A DNA stretch of 50,841 bases, from sequence record DRR378314_524. One strand, 5' to 3'. This document shows positions 38,613 through 48,546 of this stretch, piece after piece. The position numbers and the translations under genes are program-made. The notes beneath the pieces were generated by a model. That model searched no databases and was not told the DNA's origin. It saw only the letters and a list, made by a program, of their open reading frames with translations. Within the stretch, counting starts at the first letter, position 1. Each line of letters opens with the position of its first letter.

Positions 38613-39310
38613 GTCCCTTGCCTTTCTGTGCGCGATAAGACATGCACGGACAGATTGACCAAAATAGCCAGGGATATCAGGATAACACCCAGACCGATGG
38701 CCAGGGCAAAGTCTCCCTTGCCGACCTCCAGGGCAATTGCTGTTGTCAGAACCCGGGTCAAATGCTCAATATTGCCGCCAACAATCATAATAGCGCCGAC
38801 CTCACCAATCGCCCTGCCAAATCCTGTCAGGGTGGCGGTCAGCAATGCCCGGCGACCGTCCCAGATCAACGTCTTCATTCGCTGCCACTTACTGGTATGA
38901 AACGAAATCAGCAGATCGTGATACTGAAACCACAATTCTCGTAAAGCCTGATGCGACAAAGAGGCTATTATCGGTGTCACAATGATAGTTTGGGCAATGA
39001 TCATCGCGGTTGGTGTAAACAACAAATCCAAAATCCCGAACGGCCCGGCCCGGGACAGCAGCAAATACACAAATAATCCGACGACAACCGGCGGCAAACC
39101 CATCAACGCATTTAAAAGCGCGATGGTCAGACGGCGATAGCGAAATCGGCTCACCGCAAGAAGTGCGCCCAATGGCAGGCCAACAGCGGAGGAAATAACC
39201 ACTGCTGTCAATGTCACCCGCAGGGACAGCAAGGAAATTTCCACAAGATCACGATCCAGTCGCCAGACCAATTCAATCGCTGATTTCAAACCGGAAAACA
39301 ACTCGGTCAT
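38606..39310 (-). CDS. tupB: Tungstate ABC transporter permease
   Basis: GLPPVVVGL, LLFTPTAM and FGRAIGEVGAIMIVGGNI...TRVLTTAI. Confidence 0.88.
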   Translation of the reverse strand: MTELFSGLKSAIELVWRLDRDLVEISLLSLRVTLTAVVISSAVGLPLGALLAVSRFRYRRLTIALLNALMGLPPVVVGLFVYLLLSRAGPFGILDLLFTPTAMIIAQTIIVTPIIASLSHQALRELWFQYHDLLISFHTSKWQRMKTLIWDGRRALLTATLTGFGRAIGEVGAIMIVGGNIEHLTRVLTTAIALEVGKGDFALAIGLGVILISLAILVNLSVHVLSRTERQGTW

Positions 39311-39478
39311 AAAAAGTATACAGCCTCCTTTTGATTGAACAGCGCGTCCTCTTGGATTTTCACTGTCAGGCTCTCTCGTGTTATCATTAATTCGCGTTAC
39401 AGTATTTTACGATTATACTTGTCCTCAAGCCCCCAACCAATCAGAATAACCACTTCAATCACAGGAATAGCGGAACAT

Positions 39479-40009
39479 ATGAACTTTTCTATTCTAACCC
39501 TCATTCTCTTTATCCTGATTGCCCTGCTGGCGGTCATAGTCCTTCTGCGGCTGACCCCAATCTGGGATAAATTTCTATCAGCGGGTCCCTTTGAACCGAC
39601 AGATTTTAACAGCCTAACGACAACGCGCAAACCGAACTGGTATCTCGTCTGCCCGCCGGAATATTGCAGCAACCTCAAGGTCGATCTGGAAGCGCCTACC
39701 TACAAACTGCCCAAGGCAGAACTGGCAAGCCGGCTTAAAAGCATCATTTTGAAAGATCAAAATATTGAAGTCCGTCAGGATGATGGCACAAAGCTGGAAC
39801 TGGTGGTTCGAACCCCAACCGTCCGCTGGCCTGATCTGGTGTCAATCGAATTCATTGCTCAAGCGGAAGACACGTCAACATTGGCGATCTACAGCAGGGC
39901 GGTATATGGCATACGGGACTTTGGCGCGAACAAAGCGCGGATCAATCGATGGCTTAAAAGTTTACGTGCTGAAATAGGGGAAGACTCCATGGGTAATCCC
40001 GGCACTTAA
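39479..40009 (+). CDS. DUF1499-domain membrane-anchored protein
   Basis: N-terminal TM, PN..LVCP, RT....WPD and YSR..YG..DFGAN..R. The ATG at 39479 is preferred over the ORF-track start at 39335. Confidence 0.8.
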   Translation: MNFSILTLILFILIALLAVIVLLRLTPIWDKFLSAGPFEPTDFNSLTTTRKPNWYLVCPPEYCSNLKVDLEAPTYKLPKAELASRLKSIILKDQNIEVRQDDGTKLELVVRTPTVRWPDLVSIEFIAQAEDTSTLAIYSRAVYGIRDFGANKARINRWLKSLRAEIGEDSMGNPGT

Positions 40010-40038
40010 ACCTCAGGTGCCTCGGACACCCTCTTATT

Positions 40039-41274
40039 TTGACACTTCATAAAACCAGTAGCGGCCAAACAACTCGTGATTTTTTGCGATTGGAATGGCG
40101 ATTTTTGCTCTTTGGATTTTTGCTGACCTTCTGGTCGGGTCCGGGCCAAACATTTGTGATTTCACTGTTTGGTGGGCAATTCCGAGAAGAGTTTAACCTC
40201 ACGCATGGGGAATTTGGCTTTCTATATACATTGGCAACTTTAACCAGCGCGGCCTTTCTCTGGAAAACCGGTCCATTAGTGGATCATCTTCCTCTTCGCA
40301 AATTTGCCATTATACTGGTGAGCTTGATGATCCTCGCCATCGCGCTGGTTTCCGGTGTTCAGGGACCGATCACCTTGTTTGCTGGAATATTGTTTGTCCG
40401 GTTCATGGGACAGGGCATGCTAAGCCATACGGCAGTGACCGCCATGGCCCGGCGCTACGAAAAGGAGCGCGGCCGTGCAATTGCCTTTTCCGGTTTGGGG
40501 TTTATTGCGGGTGAAGCTATTTTTCCGCCGACAATTGTTGCGGCACTCACCCTCTTTGACTGGCGCCTTATCTGGCCAACCCTGGCAATTCTGGCGGCAC
40601 TCACCTTCCTGCCGTTTATCCATAAACTAATTGTCCACACCGAAAACCAAGACGGAAAAGGGCCTGAAGAGCTAGCTGGCAGCCTATCTTCAAGGGAAGA
40701 ACACTGGACGCGGGAGGATCTGCTAAAAGATCCCCGGTTTTATCTGCTCTGCCTTATTCCGATTGCCCAATCCGGGATTATCACAGGGATCTTTTTTCAT
40801 CAGGTCCATATCATTGACCTAAAAGGGTGGAGCTTTGAATGGTGGAGCCTCTGCTTCGCCATTTTTGCGGCTTTCAGTCTAATGGGCGGTTTACTGGCGG
40901 GGTTCCTGGTCGATCGGTTGAGCGCCCGGCGCATTGTCCCCTTCTCCCTCCTCTTTATGGTTTTCGCGATGGTCTTAATCAGTATTTTTGATCATCCCTG
41001 GTCTGCGCCTGTTCTTATGGCCTCTTTAGGGGTCGGGGCAGGTTATACCAACCCGTCCTTATCCTCTCTCTGGGCTGAATTATATGGGACGCGGCACCTT
41101 GGGGCCATTCGCTCAGTCGCAAGTGTCGTCATGGTCTTTGGGTCTGCCCTTGGTCCGGTTCTGATGGGCTTTGCTTTTGACTGGAATATATCACTGGAGG
41201 CTGTGACGATCAGCTCTGCCCTATTGGCGCTCGCCGGCGTCGGCGCTGCTTTCTACGCGCTCCGAAGATCCTGA
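40039..41274 (+). CDS. MFS transporter
   Basis: About 12 TM segments; GPGQT, RFMGQG, G.LVDR and ELYGTRHLGAIRS. Confidence 0.88.
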   Translation: MTLHKTSSGQTTRDFLRLEWRFLLFGFLLTFWSGPGQTFVISLFGGQFREEFNLTHGEFGFLYTLATLTSAAFLWKTGPLVDHLPLRKFAIILVSLMILAIALVSGVQGPITLFAGILFVRFMGQGMLSHTAVTAMARRYEKERGRAIAFSGLGFIAGEAIFPPTIVAALTLFDWRLIWPTLAILAALTFLPFIHKLIVHTENQDGKGPEELAGSLSSREEHWTREDLLKDPRFYLLCLIPIAQSGIITGIFFHQVHIIDLKGWSFEWWSLCFAIFAAFSLMGGLLAGFLVDRLSARRIVPFSLLFMVFAMVLISIFDHPWSAPVLMASLGVGAGYTNPSLSSLWAELYGTRHLGAIRSVASVVMVFGSALGPVLMGFAFDWNISLEAVTISSALLALAGVGAAFYALRRS

Positions 41275-42975
41275 AACAGCTTTTTTTTCAACTTGCTGCA
41301 GCGGCAGATGAACATTTACGCATGTCCCCTGCCCTAGTGCGCTTTTAATCTCCATTTTGCCCGAATGCATCTCTACCAGTGAATTAACGATAGCCAGACC
41401 AAGGCCAGATCCTTCCTGGGCTGTCTTCGCATCAAATTGCCCTCGAACAAAGGGTTTGATCAGTTTCTCAATCTGATCTTCGGCAATGCCTGGACCATTG
41501 TCACTCACACAGATAATCAGGTGCCGGCTTTCTTCTCTCACATCAACCGTCACCCATCCACCCGGTTGGGTGAATTTAATCGCATTGGACAACAGATTGA
41601 TCAGAATTTGCGAAATCGATCTGGGGTCCGCTTCAATTTCAGGAAGATTGCCCGCCACTTCTTCGCGATAGCTGATATTTTTCTGGGACGCGAGATCACT
41701 GATAATAGCAGAGCAGTCATGGGTAATTTCGGCGATCTTGATTTTTTGAAAATGAAGTACATGTTCCTGTGCTTCGATAGCCGATAGATCCAGAATATCA
41801 TTCACCAGGTTTAAAAGATGCTTGCCGCTCAAACGGATATCTTCAGCATATTCCTTATACCGCGCTGATCCTAAAGGCCCAAAAATCTCCTTACAAATCA
41901 CCTCGGAAAACCCGATGATAGCATTTAAGGGCGTGCGAAGTTCATGGCTCATTGTTGCCAGGAATTCTGTCTTGGTTCTATTGGCCTGTTCCGCTTCACT
42001 CAACGCTTTGCGCCGGGAAATTTCAACGGCTTTCACCTCACTTATATCCCTCAAAAAGGCTGTGAAGTAACTTCGGTCGCTCACTTGGTAGAGAGTAATC
42101 GCTATCTCCAGCGGAAACTCCTCACCCGATTTTCGCTGACCAACAGTTTCAAACCGTTCATTCAGTAAGGGATGATCAACTCGCGCCTCCATTGCACCGA
42201 CCAAATCATAATATTGTTGCTGTAACCTCAGTGGGATCAATGTTGCGATGGCGTTTTGGCCAAATAATTCCTTATCATCATAGCCAAAGGTGTCACAAAC
42301 TGCCTTGTTATACTCAATGATATTTCCATTCCGGGAAACAGAGACAACACCATCCAGCGCAACCCTAAATATCTTGCGATGACGCAATTCGTCTTCTTTA
42401 ATACTTCGTTCTTTTCGTAAAATATCTAGCTTTGCTGCCATCAAAGAGGCAACCAACGTCAAAATTTTCACATGTTCTTTGGAATAAAACCCAATTTCCG
42501 GGTCCTCGCTATCGATAACACCCAAAATACGCCCTTGCGATAGGATGGGTACACAGGCTTCGGATTTTGCTGTTTCCAGATCAGGGATATAAAATTCGCA
42601 GTTTCCCAAATCATCGATGACAATGGCTTTTTTGCTGTGTGCGACGCGCCCGGTCACACCTTCGCCAATTGGTATTTTCAGATGATTGGCGATCAGGTCT
42701 CCAACGGGGTTTTTCACCCCGATCGCGGCTTTTTGTTCTAGAATCTGAGGATTGCCCAAGCAATAATAGACAACGCAATCCTTAAAACCAAGTTTGCTCA
42801 CGACTTCTCTGGCAACGTACCAAGCAAGTTCATCCTCATCAGCAATGCTGATCAAATCGACAGCGAACGCGTTCATAACCTGGACATAATCAGAACCGTG
42901 TGGCCCTGGTTTTAGGTCAGTCTGATTACTCACAAGCGCCTCACTCAATGGGAACAATTCAACGCGCCCAATCAC
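41221..42975 (-). CDS. Cytoplasmic GAF-PAS histidine kinase (PleC/DivJ-like HisKA)
   Basis: GAF (GEGVTGRVA, SEACVPI, GVIDSE), PAS (RKSGEEFP), FLATMSHELRTPLNAIIGFSE, NAIKFT and GSGLGL. Confidence 0.92.
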   Translation of the reverse strand: MIGRVELFPLSEALVSNQTDLKPGPHGSDYVQVMNAFAVDLISIADEDELAWYVAREVVSKLGFKDCVVYYCLGNPQILEQKAAIGVKNPVGDLIANHLKIPIGEGVTGRVAHSKKAIVIDDLGNCEFYIPDLETAKSEACVPILSQGRILGVIDSEDPEIGFYSKEHVKILTLVASLMAAKLDILRKERSIKEDELRHRKIFRVALDGVVSVSRNGNIIEYNKAVCDTFGYDDKELFGQNAIATLIPLRLQQQYYDLVGAMEARVDHPLLNERFETVGQRKSGEEFPLEIAITLYQVSDRSYFTAFLRDISEVKAVEISRRKALSEAEQANRTKTEFLATMSHELRTPLNAIIGFSEVICKEIFGPLGSARYKEYAEDIRLSGKHLLNLVNDILDLSAIEAQEHVLHFQKIKIAEITHDCSAIISDLASQKNISYREEVAGNLPEIEADPRSISQILINLLSNAIKFTQPGGWVTVDVREESRHLIICVSDNGPGIAEDQIEKLIKPFVRGQFDAKTAQEGSGLGLAIVNSLVEMHSGKMEIKSALGQGTCVNVHLPLQQVEKKAVSGSSERVESSADAGERQ

Positions 42976-43235
42976 ATCATCAACACCAGACAGCCACCGA
43001 CAACCTCACATCCATAGGAGGTTAAATTCAGCCGCCATCCATACATCATCAGCATTAAATGTTAGCACATAGGAGAATTTGAGTCTTAAGCAATTAATTT
43101 CGTCGGCAGATATCCCTTTGCATTACCAGATGGTAATGGACTGCTGACTTTTTCGATGACTTGATTTACAGTTTTACAGACAACAAGAAAAAACGCGCAC
43201 AGCAACATCAAGAATGCGCAGCCGGGGAGGGCTAG

Positions 43236-44369
43236 ATGGCACTTATCAAATATCACAATGAAATGGACATCGATTTTGGAGCAATTAACAGGATCGGTGA
43301 AACCCTTAAACGCTTTGGCATAAAACGGCCTTTGATCTGCACCGATAAAGGAATTATAGAAACCGGTATTTATGACAGTCTGCGCCGGGCCATACCCAAT
43401 GATGTGGATCCCGCCTTCTTCGACGAGACACCCGGCAACCCAACCGAAGTTGCGGTCAAAAAAGCCGTCAAAATCTATCGCGATCATGGGTGTGATGGGG
43501 TCATTGCCATTGGCGGCGGCTCCTCTATCGATCTTGGCAAAGGTGTCTCTTTGATGACGACCCATGATGGCCCCATCGCAAATTGGGCCGTTCTAAAAGT
43601 CGGGCGGGATGGGATTGGCCCAACCGCACCCATCATTGCAATTCCAACGACCGCAGGAACCGGCAGTGAAGTTGGCGGTGGCGCTGTAATCATTACTGAA
43701 GATGGCCAAAAGATTGTTATCTCCAGCCCCCACCTGCTCCCGAAAGTGGCCATTTGTGACCCAGAATTGACATTGGGACTTCCCAAACAGCTAACTGCAG
43801 CAACAGGGATGGATGCCATGGCCCATTGTATCGAAGCCTATCTGACCCCGGCGATTAATCCCGTAGCCGCCGCGATCGGTCTGGACGGACTGGAACGGGT
43901 GGTAACCTATCTTAAACGGGCCGTCGAAGATGGCTCAGACCGTGAAGCCCGCTGGAATATGATGATGGCCGCCAGTGAAGGGGCCATGGCGTTTGCTAAA
44001 GGGCTGGGCGCTGTGCATTCCATGAGCCATGCTGTCGGCGCGAACGAAGAACTTCGGGCTCACCACGGCACGCTAAATGCGGTTTTGCTGCCCACTGTAC
44101 TTCGCTTTAACGCCCCCCATGTCGGTGATAAATTTGTCAAACTTCGCCGCGCCATGGGGCTTCAGGAAGGCGAGGATATCGCTGCCTGGATTGAATCTTA
44201 TAATGCTGATCTCGGCTTACCCGCTAACCTGGCGGAAATGGGCGTAACCGAAGACATGATCCCTGATCTGGCAAAGCATTGCCTGACAGATGCGTGTCAT
44301 TTCTCAAACCCGGTTCAGCCGACCCAAATGGAATATGAACAAATGTATCACGAAGCCATGGGCCTATAA
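43236..44369 (+). CDS. Iron-containing alcohol dehydrogenase (4-hydroxybutyrate dehydrogenase-like)
   Basis: GGGSSID, PTTAGTGSE, DAMAHCIE, HSMSH and HHG metal ligands. Confidence 0.92.
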   Translation: MALIKYHNEMDIDFGAINRIGETLKRFGIKRPLICTDKGIIETGIYDSLRRAIPNDVDPAFFDETPGNPTEVAVKKAVKIYRDHGCDGVIAIGGGSSIDLGKGVSLMTTHDGPIANWAVLKVGRDGIGPTAPIIAIPTTAGTGSEVGGGAVIITEDGQKIVISSPHLLPKVAICDPELTLGLPKQLTAATGMDAMAHCIEAYLTPAINPVAAAIGLDGLERVVTYLKRAVEDGSDREARWNMMMAASEGAMAFAKGLGAVHSMSHAVGANEELRAHHGTLNAVLLPTVLRFNAPHVGDKFVKLRRAMGLQEGEDIAAWIESYNADLGLPANLAEMGVTEDMIPDLAKHCLTDACHFSNPVQPTQMEYEQMYHEAMGL

Positions 44370-44375
44370 TCTCGG

Positions 44376-45164
44376 TCAGGCAGTTGGGCTCAAGCGGAGG
44401 GAAAGACAGGACATACCGCCGTCCACCTTCGCTGCCTCGCTATTGGGAATTTCAACAACATTAAACCCATGGTCCAACAATCGGGCCCGGGTTTGCACAA
44501 ATCCCGCTGGCAACAGAACCACATCATTGAACCGGACCGCATTGGCCGCGGGTTCCTCTCCCTCGGCGGTCAGGATTACTTCATAGCCGTCAAAACAATT
44601 GGTTGCTGCCAACCGGGCTGTCGACAAGATGACATTTTCATCCACCAACCCACAGTCTGTTTTAAAATGCAGAACTTCCGGCGGTGTTTCCAATTCCCGC
44701 ACCCGATACCCCCAGTCCGCGACCAATGATCGAAGAGATGCAATGCCCGGCGCATCGGTTCGGGCCGATTTTCCGACCAGGATTTCTGTAGATGTCACCA
44801 GAATATCGCCGCCTTCTATGGTCCCTTCCTGTATGTCCCGAACCTCTTTATACAGCTTCTGCAGGGTCGGCTTCATGGCTGCCACTTCTCCGCGTCTGGT
44901 TGGGGCTCCCGGGCGCATGATAATCGCCCCTTCGGGCAGGCAAAGGGCCGTATCTTCAACAAAGACGCTATCTGCAAAATCGTCCAATGCATCCAGTTCC
45001 AAAACTTCTGCACCGGCCGCTTTCAAGGCCGCGACATAAGCCAGATGATGGTCTTCAAACAGGGCGACATCGGGATTGCCTGTATCCGTCGCGCGCAACC
45101 CATCTACAATCGACGCAGCGGGTTTTCGGGTGACGGCATGGGTGAAGCGAATTGAAAATGACAT
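44376..45164 (-). CDS. Dimethylarginine dimethylaminohydrolase (pentein family)
   Basis: DSVFVED, RPGA..RRGE, EGGD, LHFKT and GGMSCLS catalytic Cys. Confidence 0.88.
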   Translation of the reverse strand: MSFSIRFTHAVTRKPAASIVDGLRATDTGNPDVALFEDHHLAYVAALKAAGAEVLELDALDDFADSVFVEDTALCLPEGAIIMRPGAPTRRGEVAAMKPTLQKLYKEVRDIQEGTIEGGDILVTSTEILVGKSARTDAPGIASLRSLVADWGYRVRELETPPEVLHFKTDCGLVDENVILSTARLAATNCFDGYEVILTAEGEEPAANAVRFNDVVLLPAGFVQTRARLLDHGFNVVEIPNSEAAKVDGGMSCLSLRLSPTA

Positions 45165-45241
45165 CAGCGCGGCAGATCCTTAAATCCAACAATAAACAGG
45201 TAGCGCAACCTATTTAAAATAATGACCTCTGTCCATACCAG

Positions 45242-46051
45242 TTACCCCAATACTCGGTGCAGATATTTTCCATATTTTTCGGGCATAAGTCGCTGAAGAA
45301 GATCCAGGATTTTGGCATCGCGGCCCACCAAAATCCGTTTTTTCCGCTTCTCCACCCCGTTCAAAATAAGTTTCGCAGCCTCGGCAGGTGTCGTCTTTGC
45401 CATCACATCAAACCTTTTGGCGATCGCCTCTTTGCTTGCGCCTTTTGTATGCACGCTGCCCAGACGGGAATTTCGGGCGATATCCGTGCTGATGCCACCT
45501 GGATGAACTGCCGAGACGTGAATATCAGACTGCTCCAGTTCCAATGCCAGCGCCTCTGTATAGCCGCGGATGGCAAATTTACTGGCGTTATAGGCGCTTT
45601 GCCCTGGATATCCAATTAGGCCAAACAGACTGGAAACGTTAATCACATGCCCTTCCCCTGCCGCTTTAAAATGCCGTAAAAACGCTTTGGAGCCGTAAAT
45701 CATGCCCCAGAAGTTGATATCCATAATCCATTCAAACGGCTCATATTCCAAACTATCAGCGCTGTCGAAAAGGGCGACACCTGCGTTGTTGAAAATATAA
45801 TCCACACTGCCAAATTCTGCGACGACCAGATCTGACCAGGCTTCGATTGCGCCCCGGCTCCTCACATCCAAAGGCGTGACCAGACATTTCACGCCGATTT
45901 TGTGGATCTGCTGATGGGTTTCTTCCAGACCGGGTTCATCAACATCTGAAATGGCCAGATTACATCCGTATTTCGCCAACTCGACAGCCAGCGCACTGCC
46001 AATGCCGGATCCCGCTCCTGTGATTGCGGCAATCTTTCCCCTAAAACTCAT
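45242..46051 (-). CDS. Short-chain dehydrogenase/reductase
   Basis: TGAGSGIG, NNAG and YNASK motifs. Confidence 0.93.
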   Translation of the reverse strand: MSFRGKIAAITGAGSGIGSALAVELAKYGCNLAISDVDEPGLEETHQQIHKIGVKCLVTPLDVRSRGAIEAWSDLVVAEFGSVDYIFNNAGVALFDSADSLEYEPFEWIMDINFWGMIYGSKAFLRHFKAAGEGHVINVSSLFGLIGYPGQSAYNASKFAIRGYTEALALELEQSDIHVSAVHPGGISTDIARNSRLGSVHTKGASKEAIAKRFDVMAKTTPAEAAKLILNGVEKRKKRILVGRDAKILDLLQRLMPEKYGKYLHRVLG

Positions 46052-46100
46052 GTTGCGCCCCCCGGAAATCCCACAACAGAAAATATACGAATTTATTTTT

Positions 46101-47156
46101 TTATTTTTTCTTTAGTTGTCCCAAGAACCTAGCAAATTCGTGGGCCATTTCATTCACTTCCGCAAACAACGCCGAAGCCCCAATAAACCCATGATAAAGA
46201 TCCGCAAACTCATGATGCGACACTAAAGCATCCAGTGCCTGCAACTTTTTCACCAATCCCTCCCCCTCATCTCGCAGGGGGTCAAAACCACATGTCATCA
46301 GCCATACCGGGTTAATCTCACCCTTTTTGGCGGTCTCCAAGGCGTTGACATACTCATGATCCTGGGTCATTCCATCGGTCACGAACTGGCTGTTAAACCA
46401 GTCCATCACCTCTTTTGACAGCACGATGTTTTCATCCGCCAGCAACTCCCGCGTGGGAGAGGTCTGCACGGTCAGGTCTGCAGGGTAAATCAACCCTGTG
46501 GCTGCGGGTTTTACCCCGATCTTCCCATGGGTAGCAGTTGCGCTGATCAGCAGCGCGAGAACGGCACCGGCGCTATCACCCGCGACATAAAGCTGTTCTT
46601 TATCAATTTTCAAAGGATCCGCCTGCTCCTGCAACCAGATCCAACTGTCAATCGCATCCTCCATTCCTGCGGGAAAAGGATGCTCAGGTGCCAGGCGATA
46701 GGCAACGGATATAACCTTCGCCTGGGTTTCCCGGGCTAATCGGCGGCACACGCCATCATGGGTTTCCAGATCACCGATGACAAACCCGCCGCCATGAAAA
46801 AAGAGCAGAGCCGGTTTGTCTTCCCGATCCGGATCATGATCATAAACACGGCCCACCAAATTGCGCCCCTTTAGCTTGATCTGAATATCCTGAACGTTCT
46901 TAACCGGCAGTTGCGGGCCATCAAAAAGTTCGACCGATTTGCGGTAAGCGCCGCGCATATTTCCGGCTGTCCAATATCGTGACGGAACCGCAAATTTTGC
47001 CTGTAAATCCATAAGTGCTTGCGCTCGCGGCTTTAACTGGCGCCCATCCAACGCCAATTCGCTGCCCTGCATCTTGCGGCTCCAATAGGCGTCACTTGAA
47101 CGGGTTAGCTTACGCCGCTTATAAAGAAAATAGGGTATTTTCAGCAGCATCTGCAC
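46101..47156 (-). CDS. HSL-family (family IV) alpha/beta hydrolase/esterase
   Basis: HGGG oxyanion hole, GDSAG nucleophile, DPLRD and HGF. Confidence 0.92.
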   Translation of the reverse strand: MQMLLKIPYFLYKRRKLTRSSDAYWSRKMQGSELALDGRQLKPRAQALMDLQAKFAVPSRYWTAGNMRGAYRKSVELFDGPQLPVKNVQDIQIKLKGRNLVGRVYDHDPDREDKPALLFFHGGGFVIGDLETHDGVCRRLARETQAKVISVAYRLAPEHPFPAGMEDAIDSWIWLQEQADPLKIDKEQLYVAGDSAGAVLALLISATATHGKIGVKPAATGLIYPADLTVQTSPTRELLADENIVLSKEVMDWFNSQFVTDGMTQDHEYVNALETAKKGEINPVWLMTCGFDPLRDEGEGLVKKLQALDALVSHHEFADLYHGFIGASALFAEVNEMAHEFARFLGQLKKK

Positions 47157-47315
47157 ATCTCCAAATCCGCTTCTTTTTTATTATAATTAAGCCTATCCCT
47201 CCCCGGACACGCCCATAGCTCCTAACTGGACCACAAAGATTTCAGAATTGCAAATCTGCTTTTGCTTGACGCAGGGGATCAGGCGACTTTTCTAAGATCC
47301 GCAAAGGACCAGACC

Positions 47316-47347
47316 AAAAAAAGCGCTGAAATCGATTCAGCGCTTTT
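47316..47347 (-). terminator. Rho-independent terminator after the saccharopine genes (possibly bidirectional)
   Basis: AAAAGCGCTGAA-ATCGA-TTCAGCGCTTTT perfect stem with A/T runs on both sides. Confidence 0.85.
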
Positions 47348-47368
47348 CAGATTGGTATTCAGCAGAAA

Positions 47369-48535
47369 TCAGGCCAGATGATCAATGATCTTCATGGTTT
47401 CCCCGTTTGCCTTCAACGCCTCAATCCATTTACCTGCAAGGGCCGGATCACTGGGTGCGGCATGCACACCGGGAGTGATCTCACCGTTCAGGACAGCTTG
47501 CACACCATAGCTAACCGGGGTCGACACAAGCCGTGCCATAGCCGTGGATTTTTCATTTCCATAAGCATCCATAACGAAGGATTTGTCATAGACGGCCTTA
47601 CCATCTTTTTTCGCCGTGATATCCACGCTCAAGACCACACGATCGGCCTCTCCTTCGGCAACGGCGTATTTGGTCCAAAGGTCCTGGCTCATCTCTTCAA
47701 GCCGGGCATCTCCCTCGGCTCCAGAAAGCGTTTCGACTTCCTTGAAAATATGATCCCAGGCAGTCGACCATCCCCCATAACGGAGGGTACCGCGCACGAA
47801 CTGGTTCAGTTTCAGTTTATCAAAACCATATTCTTCAATATACGGAAGGGAATCCCGATTTGGATAAACCTCAAAAGTCTCCGGACCATTATCAAGATCA
47901 AGACTGTAGCTGTCTATGGCATTCCAAGGGCGGGAAACATTGTACTCTTGTCCATCCTTAAGGCTTTTGGATGGTGACTTCAGGGCCTTCAAAACACCAA
48001 GCGGTGACCAGCTGAATTTATAACAGAAATCATTCTTCTTTTCAGATAAGCCCCCACAATAGGAGCGGAAGAAATGCTCATTATCCGGCGAATAAGCCGG
48101 GGACGCCTGATAGTCCGCCATCAACAGATGGGCCATCAAATGATCAATACCGGGATCCAGTCCGATTTCATTTAACAGCACCAACCCTTGGTCCTTGGCT
48201 GCTGCATCCAGATCCCGCATCGCCGGCGCGATGTAAGAGCTGGAAACAAAATTTGCTCCCTTTGACAGACACAGCTTGGCAACGATCGGGTGGAAATCAC
48301 CCGGCAGCATGGAAACCGCTACATCACCCCCGGTCAGTACCTCCGCCAGGGCATCCAGGCTAAACGACCGGATCTCAAAATCGCCAGACAGCCCAGCCAC
48401 CGCTTCTTCTGCTTTTGAAACGGTCCGGTTCCACAGAACCAGTTTGTGTCCCTGTTCAATCAATCGCCGGATCCCTGGAACAGCTGAAAGGCCTGCACCC
48501 AGCCAGTGAATAGTCGCCATAACGTTCTTCTCCAT
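47369..48535 (-). CDS. Saccharopine dehydrogenase/reductase, glutamate-forming (Lys9-like)
   Basis: GAGLS, NEIGLDPGIDHL, YCGGL, YKFSWSP, YPNRDS and RGTLRY. Alternative start at 48520. Confidence 0.9.
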   Translation of the reverse strand: MEKNVMATIHWLGAGLSAVPGIRRLIEQGHKLVLWNRTVSKAEEAVAGLSGDFEIRSFSLDALAEVLTGGDVAVSMLPGDFHPIVAKLCLSKGANFVSSSYIAPAMRDLDAAAKDQGLVLLNEIGLDPGIDHLMAHLLMADYQASPAYSPDNEHFFRSYCGGLSEKKNDFCYKFSWSPLGVLKALKSPSKSLKDGQEYNVSRPWNAIDSYSLDLDNGPETFEVYPNRDSLPYIEEYGFDKLKLNQFVRGTLRYGGWSTAWDHIFKEVETLSGAEGDARLEEMSQDLWTKYAVAEGEADRVVLSVDITAKKDGKAVYDKSFVMDAYGNEKSTAMARLVSTPVSYGVQAVLNGEITPGVHAAPSDPALAGKWIEALKANGETMKIIDHLA

Positions 48536-48546
48536 TTCCTCGCCTC

